NCBI GenBank assembly: GCA_017499595.2
Contig: CM039003.1
Location: forward strand, 558,001-622,000
Reading direction: 5' to 3'
Source of the DNA: Psilocybe cubensis
Taxonomy: Eukaryota
Length of the DNA stretch: 64,000 bases
The translations under genes and the position numbers were made by a program. Positions 50,040 to 61,414 of the stretch are shown piece after piece. The notes beneath the pieces were generated by a model that was not told the DNA's origin, made no database searches, and saw only the letters and a list, made by a program, of their open reading frames with translations. Positions within the stretch are counted from its first letter, which is position 1; each line of letters opens with the position of its first letter.

Positions 50040-53000
50040 TCAGATCAAGTCCGAGTCAGAACTCTGCAAAGCCAACTGCCTCCGTATCGTCGATGTCCCA
50101 AGGTTCTTCGCCGTCTTCTCCCACAAAGCCATCGTCATATTCATTTCTCTCTTCTTAGTCCTCCTGCTCCGAGTCATTGTCATCTTCAGACTCGGAAGCA
50201 TCCATGGCTGCCTCCTGCTTAGCTGTGATGGGAAGATTACCCTTGTCAGCATCATCACCAACTTCTTGAAATTCTTCCTCAAGCTCAGCGTAGTGTCCAA
50301 AATAAACTGGTCGCATGTTCCAAGTGTAATCATTGGTACTCTTGTGGCCAATCCCATATCCCAAGTAGCATATAAACATGTCACGGTCCACAAATCTAGT
50401 GTTTGTTAGTTAGTGTATATATCAAATATATGAAAGCAGCGTACCAATTGACATAATAAAAGTTCCAATCATGGTCAGGATAATCATTGTCTTCCCAGAA
50501 GGCTCTCCGAGCAATAGAAATGGGGAGAAGGCTATCAGTCATGCCACTGTTGAATGCAGGGATAATGTGTGAGGCCCGGAGTATGTCAGACGGGTCAAGA
50601 AATCCAAACGCGTCTGGTGAATCTGAATGAATAAACCTAAGACGATCTAGTCGCTGCGCTGTCCAACCTGCTCGAAAATGGTGGTCTACTTCAAACCACC
50701 TTACCCAAAGAAACTCAAACCATTGCGTTTTACCTCCATTGTGCTGTATATTAGCATCAAATATCCCAAGGACTCGGGCATACAAATAAGGATGGTGAAA
50801 GGAACGAGGGTCTCCATCCCGAGAGAGGGTCATGACATTGCAGTGATTTCGAGGATTAATTGAATCTTGCTCGCGTTGCATGTCGTATGTCGTATAGTTG
50901 ATCCGCAAGACCTTATGGATGTAAACTCGATCGCCGAGAATGTTTACCTGTGCATGCTGTTCATCCGAATAAATTACATTTTGTTCTCCATCTGAATGTC
51001 CTAGAACCCAACTGAGAATGTGATCTTCAAGTTGTGAAACAAAGGACTAAGTATATGAATAATCATCATCAGCACAGAGTAACTATACGGTAAAAAAAAT
51101 GGGGTCTGACCTCTGTAACTGCTGCATCGTCGCCGTATTCGTCCATAAACAGGTAAAGGTACAATTTATGATGTTTGCTTGTAGACATCTGGTGATGGGC
51201 AGATGGAAAAACCGGGGGGAGGCCTTTGGACTCGGAAGCGGAGATGATATGGGGCGGTTTGACATAAGATCTTGTTTTCAAAGCCCTCGGACGTTTTTTG
51301 GATGACTGCGCTCTTGAATGTGCCTCATTACTGTCCGATTTACCGGTTTTCTTTGAGTTGTTCTCTTCCAATTGTGAAACCCGGGCGGAAATGGAGCGGA
51401 GCAATCGCTCACAACGCTCATAACGAGTTATTTGCTACTCAAACCCGCACCCCTTGTTGGTGCGGACAAAAAAACGCTTGACACGGCGGTGTTCTAGTTC
51501 ACCCTAAGAATAATATTTAATCACGATCAGTATAACAGAGTAAAGTATTCAGTGAATGTCCCACCCGCTGAGTTGAGTAGCTTTCCGTTGGCCCAAACAT
51601 CCAGATTGTCTTCACATAGTCTCCAAGCGCATGGAGCTTATATGTGAAAAGGTTGAGCATTTTTGTGACCTTCCCATTCAGAGATCCTGGAGCCATTGGC
51701 TTCCTCTTCTTAGCATTACTGGCGGCGCGACGGGCACAGGCAGCTGTTTCCTTCGGTAACTCCTTAGTCGAATATAGTGGACAGAGCTTTGTGACAAAAG
51801 CTCTAAGCTCCTTGCCCAGTCGCCGAGTCGTCACTTCAAGCCCTGTAAGCGTTGAGCTTGTATGCATGCGAAGTTTGGCAAGTGTGTGCCATTCGCACAA
51901 GGTAAACAGTGTGTCCTGGAGTATTTTATCATGTGCCGGAGGAAGTAAGCCTTCAAAAACAGGCAAGGAGCACTAGATTGTCACATGTATTAGTGTTGTA
52001 TAATGTGAATGGATAAGAATACATACCTGAAGTAGATCTTTGAAGTCTCTTGCCGCAAGGTTTGTCATATCTGATGCGTTACGATGGAACCGCCGTATGG
52101 TATTTCTGCCGAATGTAGCAACTTTGTGATATCTACAGGTTTGTAAGGACAAAAAGATGTAAAAATAATAAATAGTACTTACCGCCAGTTAAGACGCTGA
52201 ATGCCCTCCCCGCCTGCAGCAAGGAGGATACGCATCATGTGTGTAAAAAATGCCTTCCAAACACCGAGTTCAAACTCGTGTAACAAGTTGGATACGAACA
52301 TGTTGAAGAAATTGAAACCAAACTGCGAGAGACGAGTCAAGAAAGCATTCTACAAAGAATTAAATCAAAGTAGAATATAAAGAAAATGGTTATAGTACTT
52401 ACTTGTGTAGGGACAGCTGATGTCTCCTGAAGAATATCTTCTACATGTTTACTTTTAATGCCAGCACCATGTTTGAAGATCCATTTCCGGCTGTTCTCAA
52501 CCTTGTCTTGCCTTTGCTGATTGTCTTTGCGAATATGTGACTGCCGTTGGTTATCGACATATGTTCCAAGTCTACTAACCCAGCGTTTTTGAATATAGCA
52601 GCGAGGACAAACACATTTTGCCAGGTAACGAATGGTAGCAAGGAGAACTCTAAAGATAACTGTCAGAAGGACATGACCGCAGTAAACAAAATACTCACTT
52701 CTCGGGGTAATCGGCGGAGTACGTGAAGAACCGGGGGAAAACATGTCGTATGACACCATCGGCACATTTAATGATGATGCCATGTTTATATGCTTCCATG
52801 AATTCTTCGTCGAGAAGAATAAGCCATATTGCATGCATTAGTTCCCGCTTTAGATGCGTGATTGTTGCCGCGGACGCTGTAAGACCATTGTATACTTTCA
52901 TGTAAATGTCTTGGAGGGTTTTCGGCAACTAGTAGCTCTATAGGTGAATAAAAAGAAAAAGAAAAAGATTGAAGGGCAGCTTACCGTTGGTAAGTATGCA

Positions 53001-54410
53001 ATATGGTGTGCTGAAAAGCTGTTCGGATGTGCACGTACATACTTGGACTGATTTCCGAATAATAAATACAATGGCCATAGTGATGCATTACCAAAGTTTG
53101 CCAGCTAGGTAGAGTCGGACCACAGCATCAAAGCCACAATAGCAACTTTGTATGTGTCGCCAAGACGTGCATGTTTGTTTTGTTGCTTCCTAAGGTCAAT
53201 ATATTCATTGTAGAAGGCGTCGGAATTATAAACCTTGTTCACGACACGTTCTGGCTGACTTGTTGGCGAAGGCTTCCAAAAAAGACGGTGTGGTGTGAAA
53301 TGCCACAATTCGGCACTTTCATCCTGAAGTGCCGCCTTGATGGTGGCAATGAGACTGCAATGATACACATTTGGCACCTCAAGCACTGGTGCTGCATCTT
53401 CAGAAAGATGTTTAGCTTGCTCACATGGCAGAGGAATCTGAACTGTAGACTTGATCCAGCCATCTTCGTGTTTAAATGCCAATCCTGAATTCAAAGCAGA
53501 GGTCGCTTCATCCATGCGAGAAAATTCCCATTTTGCGCTGAAGTCTTTGAGGTGTTCGACACAGAAGTCCTCGGCAAGCAGAACTTCGTGGACCAAGCAA
53601 TCAAGTTCGGCTACGGATTTCAGGTTAGAAGCCCCGTAGAACCAATGCATGAGACGGAAAACAGTTGCATTTAAAAAAGGTGCAAACTGATTTGAGATTG
53701 ACATCTTGTCTACAGAGATTCCCATAACCTTGGAAATCCAAGAGCTTGGTTTCTTCTCCATGGAGGAGGTTGCAAAGCCTGGTGCGCTACACAGTTTATC
53801 AAGTTCCTCCAGGTCGTCAATGTCCTGCTCCGGGAATGTTGGATATTCACAGTACAGGCCAAATTCATTTGGCAAAGTACACGTAATTGTTGGCTCAAAT
53901 GACGGAGCTAGCTCAGGAGTGGGCTTGCGTGGAACCACAGGCTTTGGAGCATGACGGACACATGGAACAGGAGGCGGCATGTGAGGTAAACAAGTTGATG
54001 AATTTGGTAAAAAATCAATGTGTTTTGTTGGATACTTCCGAACACGTCCAGAGTGTGTGGGAGGAGGAATAAATATTTTAGGTGGTTCCGGAGGCTCAGG
54101 ACTTGGAGGCAAAACAATATCTTCATTCTGATACGTTTCCGGAATGTCTTCCCATTTGCTTTCCTAAAAATGCATTTATTTTTTGTGAGATATGTATCAA
54201 TGTGCCACATTGTACCTTATTGAGCTCGTTTTCCTTGTTGGCCTCATCACGGTCCAGCTTGCGACGTTTGGCCCTTCCAGTCTTGCTGTCAAATTTGGCT
54301 GGTTTGCAAATTGCTGCAAGTTCTGCCTGTACAGCAACACACGTGTTCCAGTGGATGTGCACAGCATGCTTGGTGTTGAATTTCCTTTGGCAAGCATTGC
54401 ATATTGCCAT
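50040..54410 (-). pseudogene. Plavaka transposase (multi-exon, premature stop at 53105)
   Basis: N-terminal CNAC...HIHW zinc motif, LMLWSDST*LANFGNASLWPLY..FGNQSKY, FPRFFTYSADYPEK, CVCPRC, LLHEFELGVWK, YKLHALGDYV, YARVLGIF, FLWVRW, AFGFLDP. Confidence 0.9.
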
Positions 54411-54637
54411 AATTAAGAGTAAAAGCAGGAGAAAATGCCGCATAGCGGCTGAAATGCGTTATCCAGGTGAAAGAGGAAGTCAAAGAGTTTCCCGGTAAGA
54501 TCGCGTTGACGCGTCAGGCCACAATCACGTGAGCGTGATCCACGGGCTTTGTCGGGAGATTCTGAAACCCATGTCCCTTGGTTCCGTCCTATTAATATCT
54601 CCCAGCTAGCGCTTTGCATCCCATACGTCCAGACAGC

Positions 54638-56790
54638 ATGGCTCCCTCCTCCACGGTCAATTCTAGGAAGGATCTTCCTCCAATTCAGCATACAAAATCT
54701 CAAGAAGTTATGAGCAGCAGTAACAAAGATGGCCAAAGCAGCCTGGATACCAACAAGGATTGTGATGGAGAGGTCGTTATCAAAAAACGGAAGAAGCTCT
54801 TGAAAGTTACCTTTTGTACCAGGACATCTCGCAAGAAATTAAAATCTTCGTGAGTATTCTTTTCTATCATAGTTCACTATTTATTATACCTCACCTTCAG
54901 ATCGGTACTGGAGCCTTTCATGCACCATGCTGCATGGCACATATGAAATGGTGCCATATACACTGATTGGGAGAAGGTAATCCTCACAGGCTTGAAGGCA
55001 GACCAAGGAAAGTTTGGGTCCCTTACATAAGAAGAGTGAGTAACTTCGCATCTTGATGTATTCGGCATAGTTTCAGAGATTTTGATGTTTCCAGGTTTTC
55101 GGCCAAGCACAAGAAAGCCCTTGGGATCTACAACAAGCTCCGAGAAGGCATCCCTACCTTTGAGGAAGATATGCGGGTCATATCAAAAGATACCAACTAC
55201 TTAGACCAACTCTGCAAAACAGTATGAGTAACTTTTATTAGACTTGATTCATGGCTCTAATAATCTGTCTAGATGATTACCGCTGCCGGTACAGCTCGTT
55301 CAAATGACATTTCAAGCCTTAAGAAAGATGTGCTCACGTACGCTGCACTATGTCTGCCTGAGGGTCGGCTGGACCCTCCAATCAATCCAAACGACTCGAA
55401 GAAGGCCACTCGAGGCTTCAAGCACCCACAACTTGGCACCCTTCTGGTTCCCGTTGCTAGTTTTGAACAGTATAAGACCGATCCTGAGTAAGTTTTTCAT
55501 CTTTCTGTGCGCATTACGCTGATTATTGTTTGAGGTATTGTCGCAAACTTTCACTCAACAAGGTGGCTATCAAGGCCAAGGCAATGCCACACTTGGTATA
55601 TCCATTCGGAAAGTATGATCCCGAGCATATTTTGGAGGGGATGTTCATGGCTCCGGCCTTAGTCGCAGTATGGTTTTTTTTGCAGTCTTCAATGCTACTC
55701 GCTCATTTTACTAGGTTTATCAACATATCTTCATGTCACCGTCGTCCGCGCTGAAGACACCTGGCGCTACTCGTACTGGGATTGGGAAGGCTCGAAAGCA
55801 CCACATGAAATCCGTGACTATAGCAAGCATTGCCTACGCATGCACACATGTATGCGTTGTTTTTGTTCATGCCGCATATACTAACTACTTTCTCAGTATA
55901 GGTATGGCATTTCCAGAAGCATGGACTGGCGTCAGAACAACATGTACTTCAACTACAAGGAGTTCTACCTAGAGGTTGTGAAGATGTTGGAGTGGGCTCG
56001 AGAAAATGACCCCGAGTGGTGGAAAGATTTTATTACTTGGTGGAACGCGTGCGTGGTTTTTCAAATAAGTTTTATCACTTACCTGATTCATTCAACTAGG
56101 CAAGTCTTTCCTACTGAAGAGGACTCTCTTACCGAGAGTAGCTCATCTGACAAAGAGGTAACAATGTCTACCTTCAAGAAGTTGAAAGCACAGGTGAAGG
56201 CTAGCCGCGTGGAAAAGGCCAGTCTCGTCAATGACACCGGCTCTGTACCACCACCTCCTCCTTTTCAGTATCGACAAGAAGAACTATCCCCGTCACCGTC
56301 TCCTAGACGCAGTCTGTCACCCCCGCAGATTTCATCCATTCCACAGGGCGTAGGTATCCATGGCCGGCAGCATCCGCATCAATATGCTGCTGGCCAAATT
56401 GACTCCAACATTGACCCGCATTTACAGATGCCTGCCTCTCACGTTGCTAACGGGCAGCCATATCTTGGTTCTTCTTTCCGTCCCGTAGGTATTCCTCAGG
56501 CTCCTTATTACAACATGGCTTGCTTGGACCCAATTGCAAGTGCCTCCACTCCGTCCCCTGTTCAAAGTCGTGGTCATCCAACTCCCCGTGCACTTGGTTC
56601 TATGGAGTTTGCTCAACACGTCAATCACTCTCCGGAGTGGCAGCTGGTCAACACACACCATGTCAAGCCGTATATGCCCTCCCGCCCCAGGATGAAGGCG
56701 TCTAGAATGCCAGCTGGCCAGGACATTGAGTCTCGTCATCCCAGTGTAGGCCCGCCAATGAATATATTCCCTGACATGGCCAACTGGTAA
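54638..56790 (+). CDS. DUF6698-like transposon-associated protein (multi-exon, possibly decayed)
   Basis: RGFKHPQLGTLLVP, YDPEHILEGMF, HIFMSPSSA, MKSVTIASIAYA, W...FNYKEFY, WWN-QVF motifs followed by a P/S-rich tail. Confidence 0.75.
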
Positions 56791-58494
56791 GCTCTTTTGA
56801 ATACCCGGCTATCTTTACTGATTACTGTTCAGATTGTACTGCTATTGCTTTCATGTTTCTCTTGGTGTTGTTGACGTCTCGCTTGCTTGGCTCTTACCTA
56901 TGTGGCTTGTATTGCATTTTGGACTCCTAGGCAACTGCTTTCTAGATAATTCTTGAGGAAAAAATTGTGTAATTATAGTCTTCTTTTATTCTGCATATTC
57001 GGTTGTCTGTACTTGTGGCCTCCCTCTTTGTATTAGTATTGTATCAAATGGAATATTGCCTTTTATTGCATAGTATTATGTGTGATTGCCCGTAGAAAGA
57101 AGGATACCTAGGAAATTTGCATTGTGTGAAGACCAAATGTTTTTGAGTTCTTCAAATGTTACCCAAATGATTGTGGGGCTCTCAAATTTTACCCAAATGA
57201 TTTCATTAAGTTTATATCTTGCTAAAACATTGGTGCAAATGAAGACTTTGTAGCCTTTAAATTTTCCGAGTCTCTACTTAGTCGATATAAAAGGCCATTT
57301 GCGCCTTGGGGCCTTTGAGCGTCCCCAAATGCCTTACTAAGGCATTTGGGGACTTGGTCACTTTTTCCGATGTCTTTTAGTACTAAGTAGAGATGCAAAG
57401 GTCTTTTGGGCTTGCAAGCAGCATTGTTGAGTCAATGACCAGTCAATGTTTGATGAGTCAATGACTCGTGATGGGGTAATGACTAGTCATTGACTCTGAA
57501 ATGACTAGTTAATAACTTTGTAATTATGTAATAACTAGCAATAGTTGTATGACTTTGATTAATGTAAGCTGTTACAATATTGACTTGACCAATTAAGTGT
57601 CATACTCTACTAGTGTAGTCTTAGAAGGGTAGCATTTTCTATTTATGAGTAGCTACTATATAAGTAAAATACATATCTACTCATTCAATGCATTATCACT
57701 ATCAATGTCAAATTTTCTTATTGAATTGGTGGTTATTGCTATTGACAACCACAATGATCATTTAAAATATCTATCATCTCATCATAAAAAGGGCCGGAAG
57801 ATTTCAAAGCATTACAAATCCAATTAATTATTTTTTTCTTCACAATTCTGGAGCCGGGTTATAATGCTCTTGAAATCTTGTAAGAAAACCAAAATCTTGC
57901 AATATCAATCAATTTTATTGAGGTTTATAATCTCAACCAATGTTTGTATAAAATTACAAGAATTAATAGTATTGTAATGTCTTATACATCAGCAGAAAAC
58001 TTTTTTTCAGTAGCATACACCTATATTACAATAGACACCATAGTAATCAAACTTTCCAATAGCCTTTATAGTACTTAGTAGCCTTACATAATTGGATTAT
58101 ATGATATGTTTTTACTACATATGTTTAATACATTTTATTCATGACATACATATGATATATGCAAATTTTCTGCAATTTTTTTTTTAAATTAACATTATTG
58201 TTGTTATTAACAACAATTCGCCCACGACAACAACGACAACAATGATGGAGTTGTTGTGCAGGATAAGATTGATATAATCCAATGGATGGAGGCAAACAAT
58301 AAAATGAGACAGAAAGTGCAGGTGGAGGTGCAAGAGTGTACTCAAATAAATAAAAAAATTGAATAATTGTGATCATTTTATAAACCTAAGAGAATTATTT
58401 CTTGATATTGTAAACTGGCCCCTAAAGATTGTTTGGGTTTGTAATGCTAAAAAATTCTTGTATTGGTTTGTAATACATTGTAATCTTCTATATA

Positions 58495-60504
58495 ACTCAG
58501 AAAGCATAGAAATGACTTGCAATACAAGTGCTTTTATGCACCAGAGTACTTTGTATCCAAGTCCGGGTGAACTACACTTGTGTTTTTCTTCACTTAGACG
58601 ATGAGTTCGTCCGCAAAACAACTTATCACACTGCTTGAAAGCGGGGGTTCAGAATAAATCTGTATTCTCGATTTTTGGGTATGAGATTGCTTGCCCTTAG
58701 ACTATAATACATGGTTTAATTTATACTATACTAGCTATTGAGAGGAGAGGTTTGAAGATATAATTACAAATAAGAATAGAACCATTAATAATACTAGCAC
58801 TGCACCTTTCTGAATCAGCTGAGAAGGGCAGTGTTCCTTCATTTCTGCTAGGCTTACTAGCAAGCGCGCTTACTCTTGAAGTCCATTGATTATGTCAGTT
58901 GTTGGTGTCTCATGCTTGACTTCCAACTCATTATGATTAGTCGTGCTTAGGAATATTTCCTTCAATTCTCTGAGACTCAACATGCTAATAGCATAGTACA
59001 AGTAAGCAACCTGCTGGTGACTATACATATAACTACCGTGCAGTGGTACACTTCAATTTTCAATAGTCAACTTATGCCTTGAGGTGGAGGCTTAATAAGC
59101 AACTTTTTTATTTGGTCCAAGATTTCATATTGTCGCAGGATATCATCAGCTGCGATGAAATAAGGTTTGAGAGTGATAGTAAGTGCGGTTATGACAGAAC
59201 ACCTCCAAGTGTCCCTTTTCATGTACGAGAGCCTACAATAATACTGAAACAAGGTGTCAGGGTTTTTCCAGTTTCCCCTCTTTATCTTCACAGAATTATC
59301 TTATCCTTTTATTATCTTATCAATTATCTGATTAGATAGTTTATTTCTTTCATCACAGCCTTCTTGCTCCACTTCTTTCTAGTAAATTCTATATGATTCC
59401 TAGTCTTACTCATTCTTTTTCTATATGATGTCACTCTTATTTTTTAACCTTCCTTTATGATATAATATAGGGAATATTCTAGAATAGCTGTAGAGTATAA
59501 ATACTGGACTTGTAGGTAGCTGTAGCTTCAGCTTCAATCTCTTAGGATATCTACTATCATTGGTGTGATTTCTTAGAATCATTGAGTCTCTCTCACTCTC
59601 TTATTTTCTTTCTGCTCTCTTATTCTTCCTCTGCTCTCTCTCTCTCTTGCTTGATCTTTGTTGGTGGCCTTGTTACACTGATTATAGTGTTGCCCTGACA
59701 CAAGGTGTTTCTGGATACTGAGTAGAGAATATCTCGTTTAGGCAACTATTGCCAATTTTGGTAGGAAGTAAGCGCGCTCATTCTCAATACTGCTGCTTCC
59801 CCTGGTGTCTTTCAGCTACCCCATCTAAGTTCATCATAGACGGTAGTTTATAATGCACAATGTACCCCGTTCCCAGCAATATATAACTACTTGCGTAGTG
59901 TTAGTATTCCCAATGCCGTAGTACACCACTTAATAAATGGTTTCTCCCATCCTTTGTACGCTAGCGCGTGTACTTATTTATATAAGAAATGCCAAAAATT
60001 CAGCATTTTCACGCTTAGCCATTCCATAGTCTCTTCACCGGCCTTGGCACATTTATTTTCCACTGCAGAAAACCTTTGTCCTCTTGCGGAATTGATGGCA
60101 GAATTAAGAAATTGATGGCGGAAGAGTAAGCACGCTTGCTAGTAAGCCTAGCAGAAATGAAGGAACACTGCCCTTCTCAGCTGACTTGGAAAGGTGCAGT
60201 ACTAGTATTATTAATGGTTCTATTCTTATTTGTAATTATATCTTCAAACCTTTTCTCTCAATAGCTAGTATAGTATAAATTAAACCATGTATTATAGTCT
60301 AAGGGCAAGCAATCTCATACCCAAGAATCGAGAGTACAGATTTATTCTGAACCCCCGCTTTCAAGCAGTGTGATAAGTTGTTTTGCGGACAAACTCGTTG
60401 TCTAAGTGAAGAAAAACACGAGTATAGTTCACCCGGACTTGGATACAAAGTACTCTGGTGCATAAGAGCACTTGTATTGCAAGTCATTTTTATGCTTTCT
60501 GAGT
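58495..60504. mobile_element. Long-TIR (~380 bp) element with TA target site, no recognisable transposase
   Basis: 58495-58877 is the reverse complement of 60122-60504 (TA|ACTCAGAAAGCATA ... TATGCTTTCTGAGT|TA). Confidence 0.85.
59255..59700. mobile_element. Solo LTR (446 bp), same family as 20218-20667
   Basis: TGTCAGGG...CCCTGACA termini and a perfect 5-bp TSD CAAGG. Confidence 0.95.
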
Positions 60505-61414
60505 TAACTCTCAGGAAGTGACTAGAGCAAGAGGCCACCAGTTTGGGTCCGCAAGCTCTTCTTTGAGGGAAGCGCTCCCACTCCGTTTCTGTATAGCAAG
60601 AGGGCACTTGTGACCAAGAGGGTTGCAGTTTTGATTACTTGTTACCCAAGAGGGCACCTACAACCAAGAGGGTTGTAGTTTGATTATTGGGACTTCGAGG
60701 GTCTACCCCCACACCTATTAAGGGAGAATCTCATCTCTGAACAAGACTGTCTATACCAAGAGACTTGAAGAACAAGTGTGCGCACACAATTTTGACAAGT
60801 GCTCTTACTTGTATTTGTGAATTGGAGGTAAATTAGCCTCTTTGCAGTTACAATTGGTGTATCGCCCTGTGCATACTACCCACCTATTAGATCCATTTCA
60901 AAGCTCATGCTGTTCTGTAAAGAGTGATAATAGCTTTGCTCCCCTCCCAGTGACAAACACAAATGTTGCAACCTATTGTTTGGGAATTGTACTGTCACCC
61001 CAAACAAGACATTTCACCAGAAAATAATGTCTTCTTGCAGAAATTTTTGTGACATCAATTCCGCAGGCGGAAATTAGTCTGCCAAGCTTGGCCAATGGCT
61101 TTACATGCCAATTTGGGATTTTCAATTTAGAACTCTAATAACAAACATCAAAAATGCCACAACAAAGATATGTCATGCTTTGTTACATTTTATATTTGTA
61201 TAACTCTTGCATAATTGTTATATTAGTGAATACAAATGCTATTTAAAGGATATGTAATCTGTTTATAGATAAATAATGTCTACATATTCTATGAATAAAT
61301 GACTGTGATCTTTTTCAATCTCCAACAACATAATTCTTGCATAATTAGCCACTGATTATACAATAAAATGTTGACATATTTTTTAAATAAAGATTACATA
61401 TTCTGTCACGGATT

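Larger units (their letters stand above)
49663..57372. mobile_element. Complete Plavaka-type (CMC/CACTA-related) DNA transposon, 7710 bp
   Basis: 32-bp TIR CATCGG(C/A)AAAAGTGACCAAGTCCC(A/C)AAATGCC, flanked by TC on both sides (2-bp TSD), with two divergent genes inside. Confidence 0.9.

Noticed and set aside
20218-59700. One giant LTR element bounded by the two 450-bp LTRs
   Set aside because: Each LTR has its own distinct TSD.
60597-60690. ~50-bp tandem duplication containing CAAGAGGG
   Set aside because: Only two units, with no termini or coding link; cannot be assigned.
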